64,000 nucleotides of DNA from an uncultured Pseudomonadota bacterium (GTDB lineage: Bacteria > Oederibacteriota > Muellerivitia > Muellerivitales > Muellerivitaceae). The notes under the pieces were generated by a model. The model had not been told where the DNA came from, searched no databases, and worked only from the letters and a program-made list of their open reading frames with translations. Where the stretch lies: positions 1,088,001-1,152,000 of the forward strand of contig CAWIIP010000002.1 in NCBI GenBank assembly GCA_963836235.1, read 5' to 3'. The position numbers and the translations under genes were made by a program. Every line of letters begins with the position of its first letter. Within the stretch, counting starts at the first letter, position 1. This document shows positions 37,672 through 46,818 of the stretch, one piece after another.

Positions 37672-38035
37672 CACTTCCGTCTGGGTGGATTTTTTCCGCC
37701 AAGGGGAAAGCCCGGCCAGCCAGGAATTGGACCACCTTCTGGAGGAACAAAAAGCCGTTCTTTGTGGTGTCGTGGAGTTGGAATTACTGCAGGGTGTCCG
37801 TCCCCACGACAAGGCCGGTTTGACCGAACTGCTTTCAGGGCTCCCCTTCATTGAAATCGAGCGGGACGACTTTCAGGAAGCGGGGGAACTGCTGGGGTCT
37901 TTAAGATCGAAGGGCCTTCAGGTTCCCGCCACCGACGGCCTTATCGCCGCGGTTTGCCTGCGGCAAAATCTTTCTCTTCTCACCTTGGATAAACATTTCA
38001 ATCACATCACTCATCTTAAAAAAATAAAGGTTTAG
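37652..38035 (+). CDS. vapC: VapC PIN-domain toxin
   Basis: VLVDTSVWVDF, ELLQG, DGLIAA, LLTLDKHF. Confidence 0.93.
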   Translation: MPSVLVDTSVWVDFFRQGESPASQELDHLLEEQKAVLCGVVELELLQGVRPHDKAGLTELLSGLPFIEIERDDFQEAGELLGSLRSKGLQVPATDGLIAAVCLRQNLSLLTLDKHFNHITHLKKIKV

Positions 38036-38043
38036 CGGGCCTT

Positions 38044-38985
38044 ATGAACGAAATCCAAAAAGCCGCTGAAATCATCCAGGAGGGCGGGCTGGTGGCTTTC
38101 CCCACCGAGACTGTCTATGGCCTCGGGGCCGACGCCCTCAACCCCTACGCGGTGGCTGAAATTTTTGAGGTGAAGAACCGCCCCCAATTCGATCCCTTGA
38201 TCGTGCATGTGGCGGATATGCGGCAGGCGGAAATCCTAGTCACCAAGTTTCCGGAAAAAGCTTTGAAGCTCATTGAGAAGTTCTGGCCCGGGCCCCTGAC
38301 CATCGTCTTGCCCAAGTCTTCTTTGGTGCCCGATATCGTAACTTCGTCCCTTCCCACGGTGGCCATCCGGGTGCCCAACCACCCCATAGCCCTGGAACTG
38401 ATCCGTGAATCGGGTCGGCCCATCGCCGCGCCCAGCGCCAACCCCTTCGGACAGGTCAGCCCGACCACGGCGGAACATGTGCGGCTTTCGTTGGGAAACA
38501 AGATTGGAATGATTTTAGACGGCGGGCCCTGCCGGATCGGCGTGGAGTCCACGGTCATTTCCTTTATAAACAAGGAACCCGTGCTCCTTCGACCAGGCGG
38601 TGCGCCTTTGGAGGAGATCCAGGCCCTGATCGGCCCGGTCCTGGTCCAGCCGAAGGCGCTGGGCGATCCCCAGGCTCCGGGACAATTGGAAAGCCACTAC
38701 GCTCCCCGCACGCCCCTGCTTTTGGGCGTCCCACTGGAATCCTTTCCAACTGGAAAGAAGATCGGGCTCCTGTCCCTGGGAAAACCCCTGGACCCCGCCC
38801 CTTTCGCCGCGATCGAGGTTTTGTCCGATCATGGCGATTTGAGGGAAGCGGCGGCGAATCTCTTCGCCGCCATGAGAAGGCTGGATGAGAAGAATTTGGA
38901 TGTCATATTCGCTTTCCCCGTTCCGGACCAAGGCCTAGGCCGCGCGATCAACGACCGCCTGGCCAAAGCCAGTATTAAAAGATAA
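38044..38985 (+). CDS. sua5: L-threonylcarbamoyladenylate synthase (Sua5 type)
   Basis: VAFPTETVYGLGA, KNRP, IAAPSAN, PGQLESHYAP, AINDRL. Confidence 0.96.
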   Translation: MNEIQKAAEIIQEGGLVAFPTETVYGLGADALNPYAVAEIFEVKNRPQFDPLIVHVADMRQAEILVTKFPEKALKLIEKFWPGPLTIVLPKSSLVPDIVTSSLPTVAIRVPNHPIALELIRESGRPIAAPSANPFGQVSPTTAEHVRLSLGNKIGMILDGGPCRIGVESTVISFINKEPVLLRPGGAPLEEIQALIGPVLVQPKALGDPQAPGQLESHYAPRTPLLLGVPLESFPTGKKIGLLSLGKPLDPAPFAAIEVLSDHGDLREAAANLFAAMRRLDEKNLDVIFAFPVPDQGLGRAINDRLAKASIKR

Positions 38986-38995
38986 AGACAATTTG

Positions 38996-39104
38996 AACCA
39001 CCAAGACACCAAGGGCACCAAGAACAACCAAGGCAAAGATGTTTAAAAAATGTTGTAACCCTTTTTTTTCTGCTTTTCTTAGTGCCCTTAGTGTCTTCGT
39101 GGTT
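38996..39104 (-). repeat. Second triple-unit inverted repeat (CACCAAG x3 ... CTTAGTG)
   Basis: AACCACCAAG-ACACCAAG-GGCACCAAG-AA ... TT-CTTAGTGCC-CTTAGTGT-CTTCGTGGTT. Confidence 0.8.
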
Positions 39105-39115
39105 AACAGGGTTTG

Positions 39116-39526
39116 TCAGGAAGCCGCCTGGTCCCTGGTTTCTTCCTCCACCGGCAATCCCAGCACCCGGCGAACCGCGCTTTTCAGGTCGGTGAGGCTC
39201 AAGGGCTTGTTGAGGAACAGACTCACGTTTAAACCCTTCTTGTCGAATTCTTCGACCAAGTTCACGTAGTAACCCGACACCACAATGATGGGCAAACGGG
39301 AATGTTTCTTGCGGATTTCGGGAAGGGCCTCCAGGGCGCTCATGCCCTCCAATTTCAAGTCGGTAATCAGCAGGTCATATTTGTTCTCCTCCAATTCGGC
39401 CATCATTTGGCCGCCGGCTTCCACCAGCACCACCTCATAACCTTCCTGTTGGAAGGACTTCTCATATAAGCGGCGTACCCCCGGATCATCTTCCGCGATG
39501 AGGATTTTAAAATCGTTGCGTTTCAT
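39116..39526 (-). CDS. Single-domain response regulator
   Basis: ILIAEDD, LLITD, IVVSG, LNKP; SD AAGGAG before the ATG at 39526. Confidence 0.93.
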   Translation of the reverse strand: MKRNDFKILIAEDDPGVRRLYEKSFQQEGYEVVLVEAGGQMMAELEENKYDLLITDLKLEGMSALEALPEIRKKHSRLPIIVVSGYYVNLVEEFDKKGLNVSLFLNKPLSLTDLKSAVRRVLGLPVEEETRDQAAS

Positions 39527-39567
39527 ATAGATCTCCTTGGATTTAATCATCAACGTCCTCACATAAG

Positions 39568-39582
39568 GCAATGGTCGTGCCA
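39568..39582 (-). promoter_or_regulatory. Sigma-54 promoter (-24/-12)
   Basis: Minus strand TGGCACGACCATTGC matches TGGCACG-N4-TTGC, ~40 nt upstream of the response regulator. Confidence 0.8.
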
Positions 39583-39756
39583 AAGAATCCCAGTGAAATA
39601 AGGCCCATCGCCCGGACCAAGGCCCTTGGATACACGACAAACTTACCCAGCCATGGAAACTTTTACCCAATTCCCTGGGCTAAAATCCCGGCTAATCCGC
39701 TAGGAAAAGGGGGTTCCTTTGTGTAGTCTTGGGAAATTCCAAACCAGGGAGCGCCC

Positions 39757-40728
39757 ATGAAATACCGTAAAATTGGCCAGTCCAGCATCGAAATTTCCGA
39801 GATCAGCCTGGGTTGTTGGACCCTCGGGGGATTGAACTGGGTGAATGGAAGCCCCAATGGCTGGGCCGACGTGGACGCGGTAGAAGTGAAAAAGGCCATC
39901 GACTACGCCCTGGACCAGGGCGTGAACCACTTCGATAACGCGGACGTTTACGGCAACGGCCGGGCGGAGCGCATGCTTTCCGAGATCCTGGGCGACCGAA
40001 CCAAGAAGCTGATCATCGCAACCAAAGTCGGTTGGTTCCCCGGTACCGCCGCCAGCGCCTATGAACCCGCCCATATCCGCCACCAATGCGAGCAGTCCCT
40101 CATCAATCTCAAACGGGATGTCATCGATATCTATTACTTCCACCACGGGGATTTTGGCCCCAACGCCCGCTATCTGGACGACGCCGTGGCGGTCATGCAC
40201 CAATTAAAAAAAGAGGGCAAAATCCGCCTCATCGGCCAGTCCGCCTATTCCAACGCGGACTTCGTGAAGCTAGTCCCTAAGGTCAAGCCCGACGTTCTGC
40301 AAAGCTGGGCCCATATCATGGACGACCAATTCATCCGCGAGGGTGCGCCGGTCCACAAGCTCCTCGTTGAGAAGAAAATGAGCTTCGTAGCCTTCTCGCC
40401 CCTGAACCAAGGCGTCCTTTTGGGCAAGTTCGATCCCAAGAACCCCCCCAAGTTCGACGAGGGCGACCACCGCAAAGGTGACCAGCGTTTCACCACCGAA
40501 TCCCTTTTGGCGGTCCAGCCCAAAATCGAAAAACTGAAATCCCGCTTCGGAAAAGACGTCAAGGATCTCTCCCGGGTGGCCCTGCAATATCTCTTGGCTA
40601 ATCCGGTTGTTTGCTGCGTGATCCCCGGCTTTAGGAATCTCAACCAGGTCCAGGTCAACCTCTCCGGCGAGGGAAAACCTCTGAGCCCGGAGGATGTCCA
40701 ATTTATAGGTGAAGTCTTCAAGTCTTAA
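39757..40728 (+). CDS. Aldo/keto reductase
   Basis: SEISLGCW, FDNADVYGNGRAE, IATKVG, FSPLNQGVL. Confidence 0.93.
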   Translation: MKYRKIGQSSIEISEISLGCWTLGGLNWVNGSPNGWADVDAVEVKKAIDYALDQGVNHFDNADVYGNGRAERMLSEILGDRTKKLIIATKVGWFPGTAASAYEPAHIRHQCEQSLINLKRDVIDIYYFHHGDFGPNARYLDDAVAVMHQLKKEGKIRLIGQSAYSNADFVKLVPKVKPDVLQSWAHIMDDQFIREGAPVHKLLVEKKMSFVAFSPLNQGVLLGKFDPKNPPKFDEGDHRKGDQRFTTESLLAVQPKIEKLKSRFGKDVKDLSRVALQYLLANPVVCCVIPGFRNLNQVQVNLSGEGKPLSPEDVQFIGEVFKS

Positions 40729-40745
40729 ATCATGAAAGGATAGCC

Positions 40746-42263
40746 ATGACACCCGAACAATCTTATGAGGACCTGTTGAAACGCATGAAGGAGATCGCCG
40801 TTCTGGGCAATACCGCCGGGGTTCTTGGCTGGGACCAGGAAGTCTATATGCCCGCCGCCAACGCCCCCTACCGGGCCGAACAGCTTTCGCTTTTGGCCGG
40901 CATGCTCCACCACAAATTCACCGACCCCGCCGTGGGAGATCTGATTTCCAGCGCCGAATCCTCCAAGGCCCTCACGTCCGACGCAGTCTCCGACAGCGCG
41001 GTGAATTTAAGGGAATGGCGCCATTCCTACGACCGTTCCACCAAACTGCCCCAGAAACTGGTGGAGGAAATGGCCCGGGTCACCTCCAACGCCCAGGTGG
41101 AATGGGTGGAAGCCCGCAAGGAAAACAAGTTTTCCAGGTTCCAGCCCTGGCTGGAAAAGATCATCGCCTTGGTGCAGGAACAGGCCAAGTGCTACGGCTA
41201 CAAAGACCACCCCTACGACGCCCTGCTGGAAGATTACGAACCCGGCCTGACCACCGCCAAGCTCAACCAGCTCTTCCCGCCCCTGAAAAAAAGCCTCTCC
41301 GAAATGGTGGCCAAGATCACCTCCTCCAAGAAACAACCTGATCTTTCGATCTTGAAACGCGCCTGCCCCGTCCCCCAGCAGGTGGCCTTTTGCCGCCAAT
41401 TGGCCGAGGCCATCGGCTTTGATTTCGCCAAGGGCCGCATCGACGTTTCCGCCCATCCCTTCACCACCGGCCTGGGGCCTTGGGACACCCGCATCACCAC
41501 CCGCTTCGAGGAAACCAACTTCGAGAACGCCTTCTTCAGCACCCTGCACGAGTCCGGCCACGGCATCTACGACCAGAACCTGCCCGCGGAAGACCATTAC
41601 GGCACCCCTCGCGCCTCGGCGGTGTCCTTAGGCATCCACGAATCCCAATCCCGCCTCTGGGAAAACCTGGTGGGCCGAAGCCTGGCCTTTTGGAAATACT
41701 TCTTCCCCGAGCTGAAAAAGTCCTTCCCCGGCACCTTCGACGACCTTTCGCTGGAGGCCTTTTATTTCGCCATCAACCACTCGGCCCCCTCCTTCATCCG
41801 CACCGAATCGGACGAGGTGACCTACAACCTGCATGTGGCCCTCCGCTATGACATCGAAACCGCGCTCATTTCGGGGAGCCTCAAGGCCGCGGACGTTCCC
41901 AAGGTCTGGAACGAGGCCGTGAAGCAGTACCTCGGCGTCACCCCACCCAACGACTCCCAAGGCTGTCTGCAGGACGTGCATTGGAGCCACGGAAGCTTCG
42001 GCTATTTCCCCACCTATACCCTGGGCAACCTCTATTCGGCCCAGTTCTTCGCCACCGCCGAAAAGGAAGCCGGACCCCTGGAAGGCAAATTCGAAAAGGG
42101 TGACTTTAAGCCCCTGAAGAAGTGGCTGAATGAGAAGATTCACGCCGAGGGCCAGCGCTACCGCGCCGGGGACCTGTGCAAGAAGGTGACGGAGCAGGAA
42201 TTAACCAGCGAGTTTTTCTTAAATTATCTCAACAAGAAATTCGGTGCCTTATATGGGTTTTAA
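40746..42263 (+). CDS. Carboxypeptidase, M32 family
   Basis: HPF, DTRITTR, HESGH, HESQS, GCLQDVHW, GYFPTYTLG. Confidence 0.96.
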   Translation: MTPEQSYEDLLKRMKEIAVLGNTAGVLGWDQEVYMPAANAPYRAEQLSLLAGMLHHKFTDPAVGDLISSAESSKALTSDAVSDSAVNLREWRHSYDRSTKLPQKLVEEMARVTSNAQVEWVEARKENKFSRFQPWLEKIIALVQEQAKCYGYKDHPYDALLEDYEPGLTTAKLNQLFPPLKKSLSEMVAKITSSKKQPDLSILKRACPVPQQVAFCRQLAEAIGFDFAKGRIDVSAHPFTTGLGPWDTRITTRFEETNFENAFFSTLHESGHGIYDQNLPAEDHYGTPRASAVSLGIHESQSRLWENLVGRSLAFWKYFFPELKKSFPGTFDDLSLEAFYFAINHSAPSFIRTESDEVTYNLHVALRYDIETALISGSLKAADVPKVWNEAVKQYLGVTPPNDSQGCLQDVHWSHGSFGYFPTYTLGNLYSAQFFATAEKEAGPLEGKFEKGDFKPLKKWLNEKIHAEGQRYRAGDLCKKVTEQELTSEFFLNYLNKKFGALYGF

Positions 42264-42294
42264 AAAGTTATAATGGTTTTCAAGTGAGGAAGCC

Positions 42295-42615
42295 ATGACA
42301 GATAAATTAAATACCCTACTCCAAGAAACCCATAAGCTCCTAGGGGCTCTTTATGGAGGACGGTTATCCAAAATGCTCTTGTACGGATCACAGGCACGGG
42401 GTGACACAAACCCTTCCTCGGATATTGATTTAATGATTGTTTTGGAAGGTCCGGTCAACGCGGGAGAAGAGATTTCAAGGGTTGGGGAAATAACCTCAAA
42501 CCTTTCTTTAAAGCACAACGTTGCTATTTCCTGCGTTTTTATTTCCTCCGACCGTTACCTCAAGGAACAAAGCCCGTTGCTTTTGAACGTCCGTCGGGAA
42601 GGCGTGGCGGTTTGA
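42295..42615 (+). CDS. Minimal nucleotidyltransferase (MNT antitoxin-like)
   Basis: LYGSQARGD...SDIDL; C-terminal SPLLLNVRREG. Confidence 0.88.
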   Translation: MTDKLNTLLQETHKLLGALYGGRLSKMLLYGSQARGDTNPSSDIDLMIVLEGPVNAGEEISRVGEITSNLSLKHNVAISCVFISSDRYLKEQSPLLLNVRREGVAV

Positions 42616-42665
42616 CCTCGGAACAGAAGGCCTTGCTGCAGTTCGTATCCTTTTTTCTTATATAA
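42612..42665 (+). pseudogene. Probable 5' stump of a HEPN toxin gene
   Basis: TTG overlapping the MNT stop gives MTSEQKALLQ, then AT-rich sequence and a stop after 17 codons. Confidence 0.55.
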
Positions 42666-42724
42666 CATTAGAACTTGGTTATCATGATGCATATTAGTAT
42701 TTAACCTTGTTAAAGGAAAAATTT

Positions 42725-43609
42725 ATGCCGGGTGAAGGTCATCCGCTTTCTGAAGTTTTTGGCCACCTAACAACAGACAATACCAAAAGAGCTGTCCGTT
42801 ATAGATCCCTTCGACTCTGCCCCTTCAATAATAAGGTTCCTAATTGCACGAAAGACAAAGCCAAAAACCCTCTTGGCGTTTGTTCAATTTATTATGAGAA
42901 AAAACCGGTTATCACATGCCCCATACGTTTCAGAGAGGAATGGATAATAGCTGATGATGCCGCTAGTTTCTTTTTTGATGAAAATGCAAAGTGGAGTTCT
43001 TTAACCGAAGTTCGCTTAAATGACGCAAATAATAAAGCCGCAGGAAATATTGACGTCATCTTAGTGGCCTATGATAAGAATGGAAAAGTTGTCGATTTTG
43101 GAGCCTTGGAAGTCCAAGCGGTTTATATATCTGGTAACGTTCGTGATCCATTTGAATACTATATGAAAAACCCTAAGGGCCGCGGTTCGATGGATTGGTC
43201 TAACGAGCCAAATTATCCAAGACCAGACTACCTTTCTTCCTCAAGAAAAAGGTTAGCGCCTCAACTACTTTTCAAAGGCGGAATCCTACATAGCTGGAAC
43301 AAAAAAATGGCCGTTGCTTTGAATAAAGGTTTTTTTGAAACACTACCAAATATGAAACGAGTTTCTAAATCCAAGGCTGACATTGCTTGGCTTATCTATG
43401 ACTTGGTACCGGTCGAAGAAAATGGACAAGATAGATTTGTCCTTAAAAAAGTTGATGAAGTTTTCACGGAATTCGAACTGGCTTTAATTTCAATAACTAC
43501 AGCAACTCCTGGAAAGGTTGAAGATTTTATAAACCTTCTTCAAGAAAAACTTGATGAGCAGTTGGAAACACCGCCCACAAACAGAACAATAGAAAGACCG
43601 TTTAAATGA
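42725..43609 (+). CDS. NotI-family restriction endonuclease
   Basis: Four Cys (CPF...CTK...GVCSI...ITCPIRF) as in the NotI metal site; GNIDVIL...ALEVQAVY nuclease core; RPDYLSSSRKRLAPQL. Confidence 0.85.
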   Translation: MPGEGHPLSEVFGHLTTDNTKRAVRYRSLRLCPFNNKVPNCTKDKAKNPLGVCSIYYEKKPVITCPIRFREEWIIADDAASFFFDENAKWSSLTEVRLNDANNKAAGNIDVILVAYDKNGKVVDFGALEVQAVYISGNVRDPFEYYMKNPKGRGSMDWSNEPNYPRPDYLSSSRKRLAPQLLFKGGILHSWNKKMAVALNKGFFETLPNMKRVSKSKADIAWLIYDLVPVEENGQDRFVLKKVDEVFTEFELALISITTATPGKVEDFINLLQEKLDEQLETPPTNRTIERPFK

Positions 43610-44592
43610 CTTTACATAGCCAAACCTTGTTGTTTCCTGATTTGGAAACCAAAAACGAATACTTAAGGCCTGTCAATGTTTCATCGGTTCCTCAACGTAG
43701 CCCTTTTCGTTATCCAGGTGGAAAAACATGGTTTGTGCCCACATTTAGACAATGGATAGATTATTTAAATCCTAAACCAAAGTTGCTTATCGAACCATTT
43801 GCCGGGGGTGGAATAATAAGTTTAACTGCGGCGTTTGAAAATCTCGCTCCCAAGATATTAATGGTTGAATTGGACGATGAAATAGCAGCAGTTTGGGAAA
43901 CAGTTGTAAATGGAGGGTGCGATTGGCTCGCAAACAAAATTCTCAAATTTGATCTTACAGAAGAAACCGTCAAAAAAGAGTTAAAGAGAAAACTTCACTC
44001 ACAAAGGGAAAAAGCATTCCAAACGATTCTTAAAAATCGCACTTACCACGGAGGTATTTTAGCAAATGGTTCCGGCTTATTAAAATATGGTGAGAATGGA
44101 AAAGGAATTAAGTCTCGTTGGTATCCTATGACTCTTGCCAAAAGATTCTTTAATATGGACCAAGTTGTAATAAAAATAAAATTTCAACGAGAAGACGGTT
44201 TAAAAGTTATTCAAGAACATATAAACGATTCAAAGGCTATTTTCTTCATAGACCCCCCTTATACCGCCGGCGGGAAAAAAGCCGGTAAAAGGTTATATAA
44301 TTTTTGCGAGTTAGATCATGAACGTCTATTCGAACTGTGTTCTTCAATGAAAGGTGAATTTTTAATGACTTACGATAATGCTGACGAAGTTAAAGCAATG
44401 GCACGACAGTATGGTTTTCAAATGAGGTTGGTGCCTATGAAAAACACCCATCACGCTACAATGGAGGAATTAGTTGTCGGAAAAGATCTAACTTGGATGG
44501 ACAGATTTACTGGTGCCCACGAACCACAGGCCCCATACCTCATCAAAAACAGATCAAAAATTAGACATTCAAAAACAAAAAAAATCAGCTAA
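43606..44592 (+). CDS. Dam-like (D12 class) amino DNA methyltransferase
   Basis: SPFRYPGGK, IEPFAGGG, FIDPPY; ATGA overlap with the nuclease. Confidence 0.92.
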   Translation: MTLHSQTLLFPDLETKNEYLRPVNVSSVPQRSPFRYPGGKTWFVPTFRQWIDYLNPKPKLLIEPFAGGGIISLTAAFENLAPKILMVELDDEIAAVWETVVNGGCDWLANKILKFDLTEETVKKELKRKLHSQREKAFQTILKNRTYHGGILANGSGLLKYGENGKGIKSRWYPMTLAKRFFNMDQVVIKIKFQREDGLKVIQEHINDSKAIFFIDPPYTAGGKKAGKRLYNFCELDHERLFELCSSMKGEFLMTYDNADEVKAMARQYGFQMRLVPMKNTHHATMEELVVGKDLTWMDRFTGAHEPQAPYLIKNRSKIRHSKTKKIS

Positions 44593-44632
44593 CATTCCTT
44601 TTCTTGATAATCCATATAAAACAATAAACTGT

Positions 44633-44836
44633 TTAGACGCGATTTTTCCGCATTGAGTCAAAATCACCCTCCCACCTCAACTTTCCTTTTGATTTCAACA
44701 AAGCTTTTACCACATTGCCCTGATGGACCAACCGTTTTAACGCAATTTGAACAACCTGGCGCTTGGATTTCGCCCCAGTTATGAGGATGGCCTTTCGAAG
44801 TAAATCATCATCCAAGACAATGTTCGTGCGCGACAT
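44633..44836 (-). CDS. Orphan VapB-type antitoxin
   Basis: MSRTNIVLDDDLL...KSKRQVV...GKLRWEGD; no PIN ORF follows; TGATA-N7-TATCA at 44849-44865. Confidence 0.82.
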   Translation of the reverse strand: MSRTNIVLDDDLLRKAILITGAKSKRQVVQIALKRLVHQGNVVKALLKSKGKLRWEGDFDSMRKNRV

Positions 44837-44948
44837 GGGCACTCCTTTTGATACACCATTTATCACGAAAAGGCATATTGAACCAGGGCCCCTATTTCCA
44901 TTCAGGCCGGCTTATCCCAGACCCTCGGGGTTGGGTTACCGATGGTAC

Positions 44949-45020
44949 CACTACGACACATCCACCGGGGCCACTACGACATAATCACTACGACACATCC
45001 TGTCGAGTGACTACGACACT
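44949..45020. repeat. Four ACTACGACA direct repeats (spacing 23/14/23)
   Basis: Copies at 44950, 44973, 44987 and 45010. Confidence 0.85.
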
Positions 45021-45084
45021 CCTGGAGGCTGAAGACCCTAAGGGGCTATTCTTCCAATTTTGTTCGCAGTGTGAACAGGCGAGG

Positions 45085-46818
45085 TCAGGATTGGGTCAAA
45101 GATGTGGCGGGTTTGGCCTTGGGAAGGGCCAACTGGGCCGCCCGGGCCTTCAGCCCCACGGTGGTCACCAGGATAATCTCGACCACCACGAAGGTAATCA
45201 CGAAGGGCAGGCCCCCCTTGGAAAAGCCGTAGCTGTGGAGCCCTACCCCCAGGATGAAGTTGACCCCGTACCAGGCCATCAGGACGCCCAGGAAGGCGCA
45301 AACCACCCCGATAGTGAAGCCCACTTCCCTTAGCCACCCGGCCAGGCGCCCGTGAAGGATGGCCACATAGCCCAAAAGGGCGATCAGGGCCCAGGTTTCC
45401 TTGGGGTCCCAGCCCCAAAAGCGGCCCCAGGAATAGTTGGCCCAAACCCCACCCAAAATGGTTCCGGCGGCCAAAAGCACCACCCCCACCTGGACGACCC
45501 TATAGAGAAGGCGGGTCTGCCCCTGCAGGCGGGCCTTATCCCCTGGGTGTTTCCAAAGGCTCCAAAGGCACACGTGGCCGATGCCCAGCGACAGTAGGAA
45601 GGCCGCGTAGCTGAGGGTAATGGTGAGCACATGGATGGTCAGCCAGAAGTTGCTTCGAAGTACCGGCTCGATGGGCTGGATGGAAGGATCCAAGACAGTC
45701 GGCACATTGTCCGCCAAAATAAAACCCACCACCGCCAAAACGGCCCCCGCCAGGGCGAAGAAGCGGGTCTTGAAGATCCACTCGAAAACAAGGGCGAAAA
45801 CCGTCATGCCGAAGGTCACCCAGATGAGGGATTCGTACATGTTGGAAACCGGCGGGCGGCCCGCGATCAGGCAGCGCAGGACAAAGCCGTAAAGGCTCAT
45901 ACCGATGCCCATTTCAAAGGCAATAAACCCGGGGACGAAAAGCATCTGGGCCGCCTTGCCGTTCTTGGAAAGCAGGGAGGCCCCCATAAGGATGGCCGCC
46001 AAGAGATGGATGATCCAGGCCCAACGGAAGGGCTTGAGGGCGTTGAAGAGAACCTCAAGGGACATTTTACCGCGGTCCACGTAATCCCTGCCCCCGATTT
46101 GCGTCAGGATTTGGGAAAGACTTAGGGATTCACTAAGGAACTTGTCCGTTTCCTTCTTGTCGTAACTGCTCAGGACCCCGGCGAAACCCTCCAGCACCGC
46201 CATGGCGGCGGCCGGGATGTGCGATTGATTGGTGGCGTAAGCCCGGTTCAAGTCGCCGAAGGTTCCCCATTTTTGGGTCTTGTCGTCCATCACGGGAATC
46301 ATGGCCAGTGCGTCGCCCGACTTGATGTCCTCGAAGCGCTGAAGCCGCCCGAAGACCGCCAAGGCTTCCTTTTCCTTCGGGTCCAGCGTCATTTTTTTCT
46401 GCTGTTTGGCATAGCTGGTCTTGGCGTAGGAGATGAAGCCCTCGTGGTTCACCAGGAACTGGGGTGAAAGCATCCGCTGGTCGGCCGGCACGCCGATAAG
46501 CGAACGGAATTCCAGGTTATCGGCCAGGATGAACTGCTTGTCTTCCCAGGCCTGGGGATGGGTGGCCCAATCCAGCACTGTCTGGATGGAATTTTGCCCC
46601 TCGTAATGCTCATGCCCCGTCACCAGCCTCACGCTTTCCCGGGCGAAAGTGTCGAAAGGCTTGATGCGGCCCCCGTCCTGGATGGGAATGAGGGACAAAA
46701 CCTTGAAATCAAACCCGTCGGCGAAAACCGGAGAGATCATTCCCGCCGCAAAGGCGCAGAGGCATAGAAAAAACCATTTAAAATTCAACCTGAGGAACTC
46801 AAAATTTATTTTAAGCAT
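45085..46818 (-). CDS. ccsA: Cytochrome c biogenesis protein CcsA/ResC
   Basis: WLTIHV, GGVWANYSWGRFWGWDPKETW (WWD domain), GLHSY. Confidence 0.95.
   Translation of the reverse strand: MLKINFEFLRLNFKWFFLCLCAFAAGMISPVFADGFDFKVLSLIPIQDGGRIKPFDTFARESVRLVTGHEHYEGQNSIQTVLDWATHPQAWEDKQFILADNLEFRSLIGVPADQRMLSPQFLVNHEGFISYAKTSYAKQQKKMTLDPKEKEALAVFGRLQRFEDIKSGDALAMIPVMDDKTQKWGTFGDLNRAYATNQSHIPAAAMAVLEGFAGVLSSYDKKETDKFLSESLSLSQILTQIGGRDYVDRGKMSLEVLFNALKPFRWAWIIHLLAAILMGASLLSKNGKAAQMLFVPGFIAFEMGIGMSLYGFVLRCLIAGRPPVSNMYESLIWVTFGMTVFALVFEWIFKTRFFALAGAVLAVVGFILADNVPTVLDPSIQPIEPVLRSNFWLTIHVLTITLSYAAFLLSLGIGHVCLWSLWKHPGDKARLQGQTRLLYRVVQVGVVLLAAGTILGGVWANYSWGRFWGWDPKETWALIALLGYVAILHGRLAGWLREVGFTIGVVCAFLGVLMAWYGVNFILGVGLHSYGFSKGGLPFVITFVVVEIILVTTVGLKARAAQLALPKAKPATSLTQS

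Noticed and set aside
44949-45020. Possible mini-CRISPR array
   Set aside because: Repeats are only 9-15 bp with 5-14 bp gaps, and there are no cas genes
44848-45333. 161-aa plus-strand ORF spanning the ACTACGACA repeats
   Set aside because: Largely antisense to ccsA, with no recognisable motif; the repeat spacing is not in codon phase
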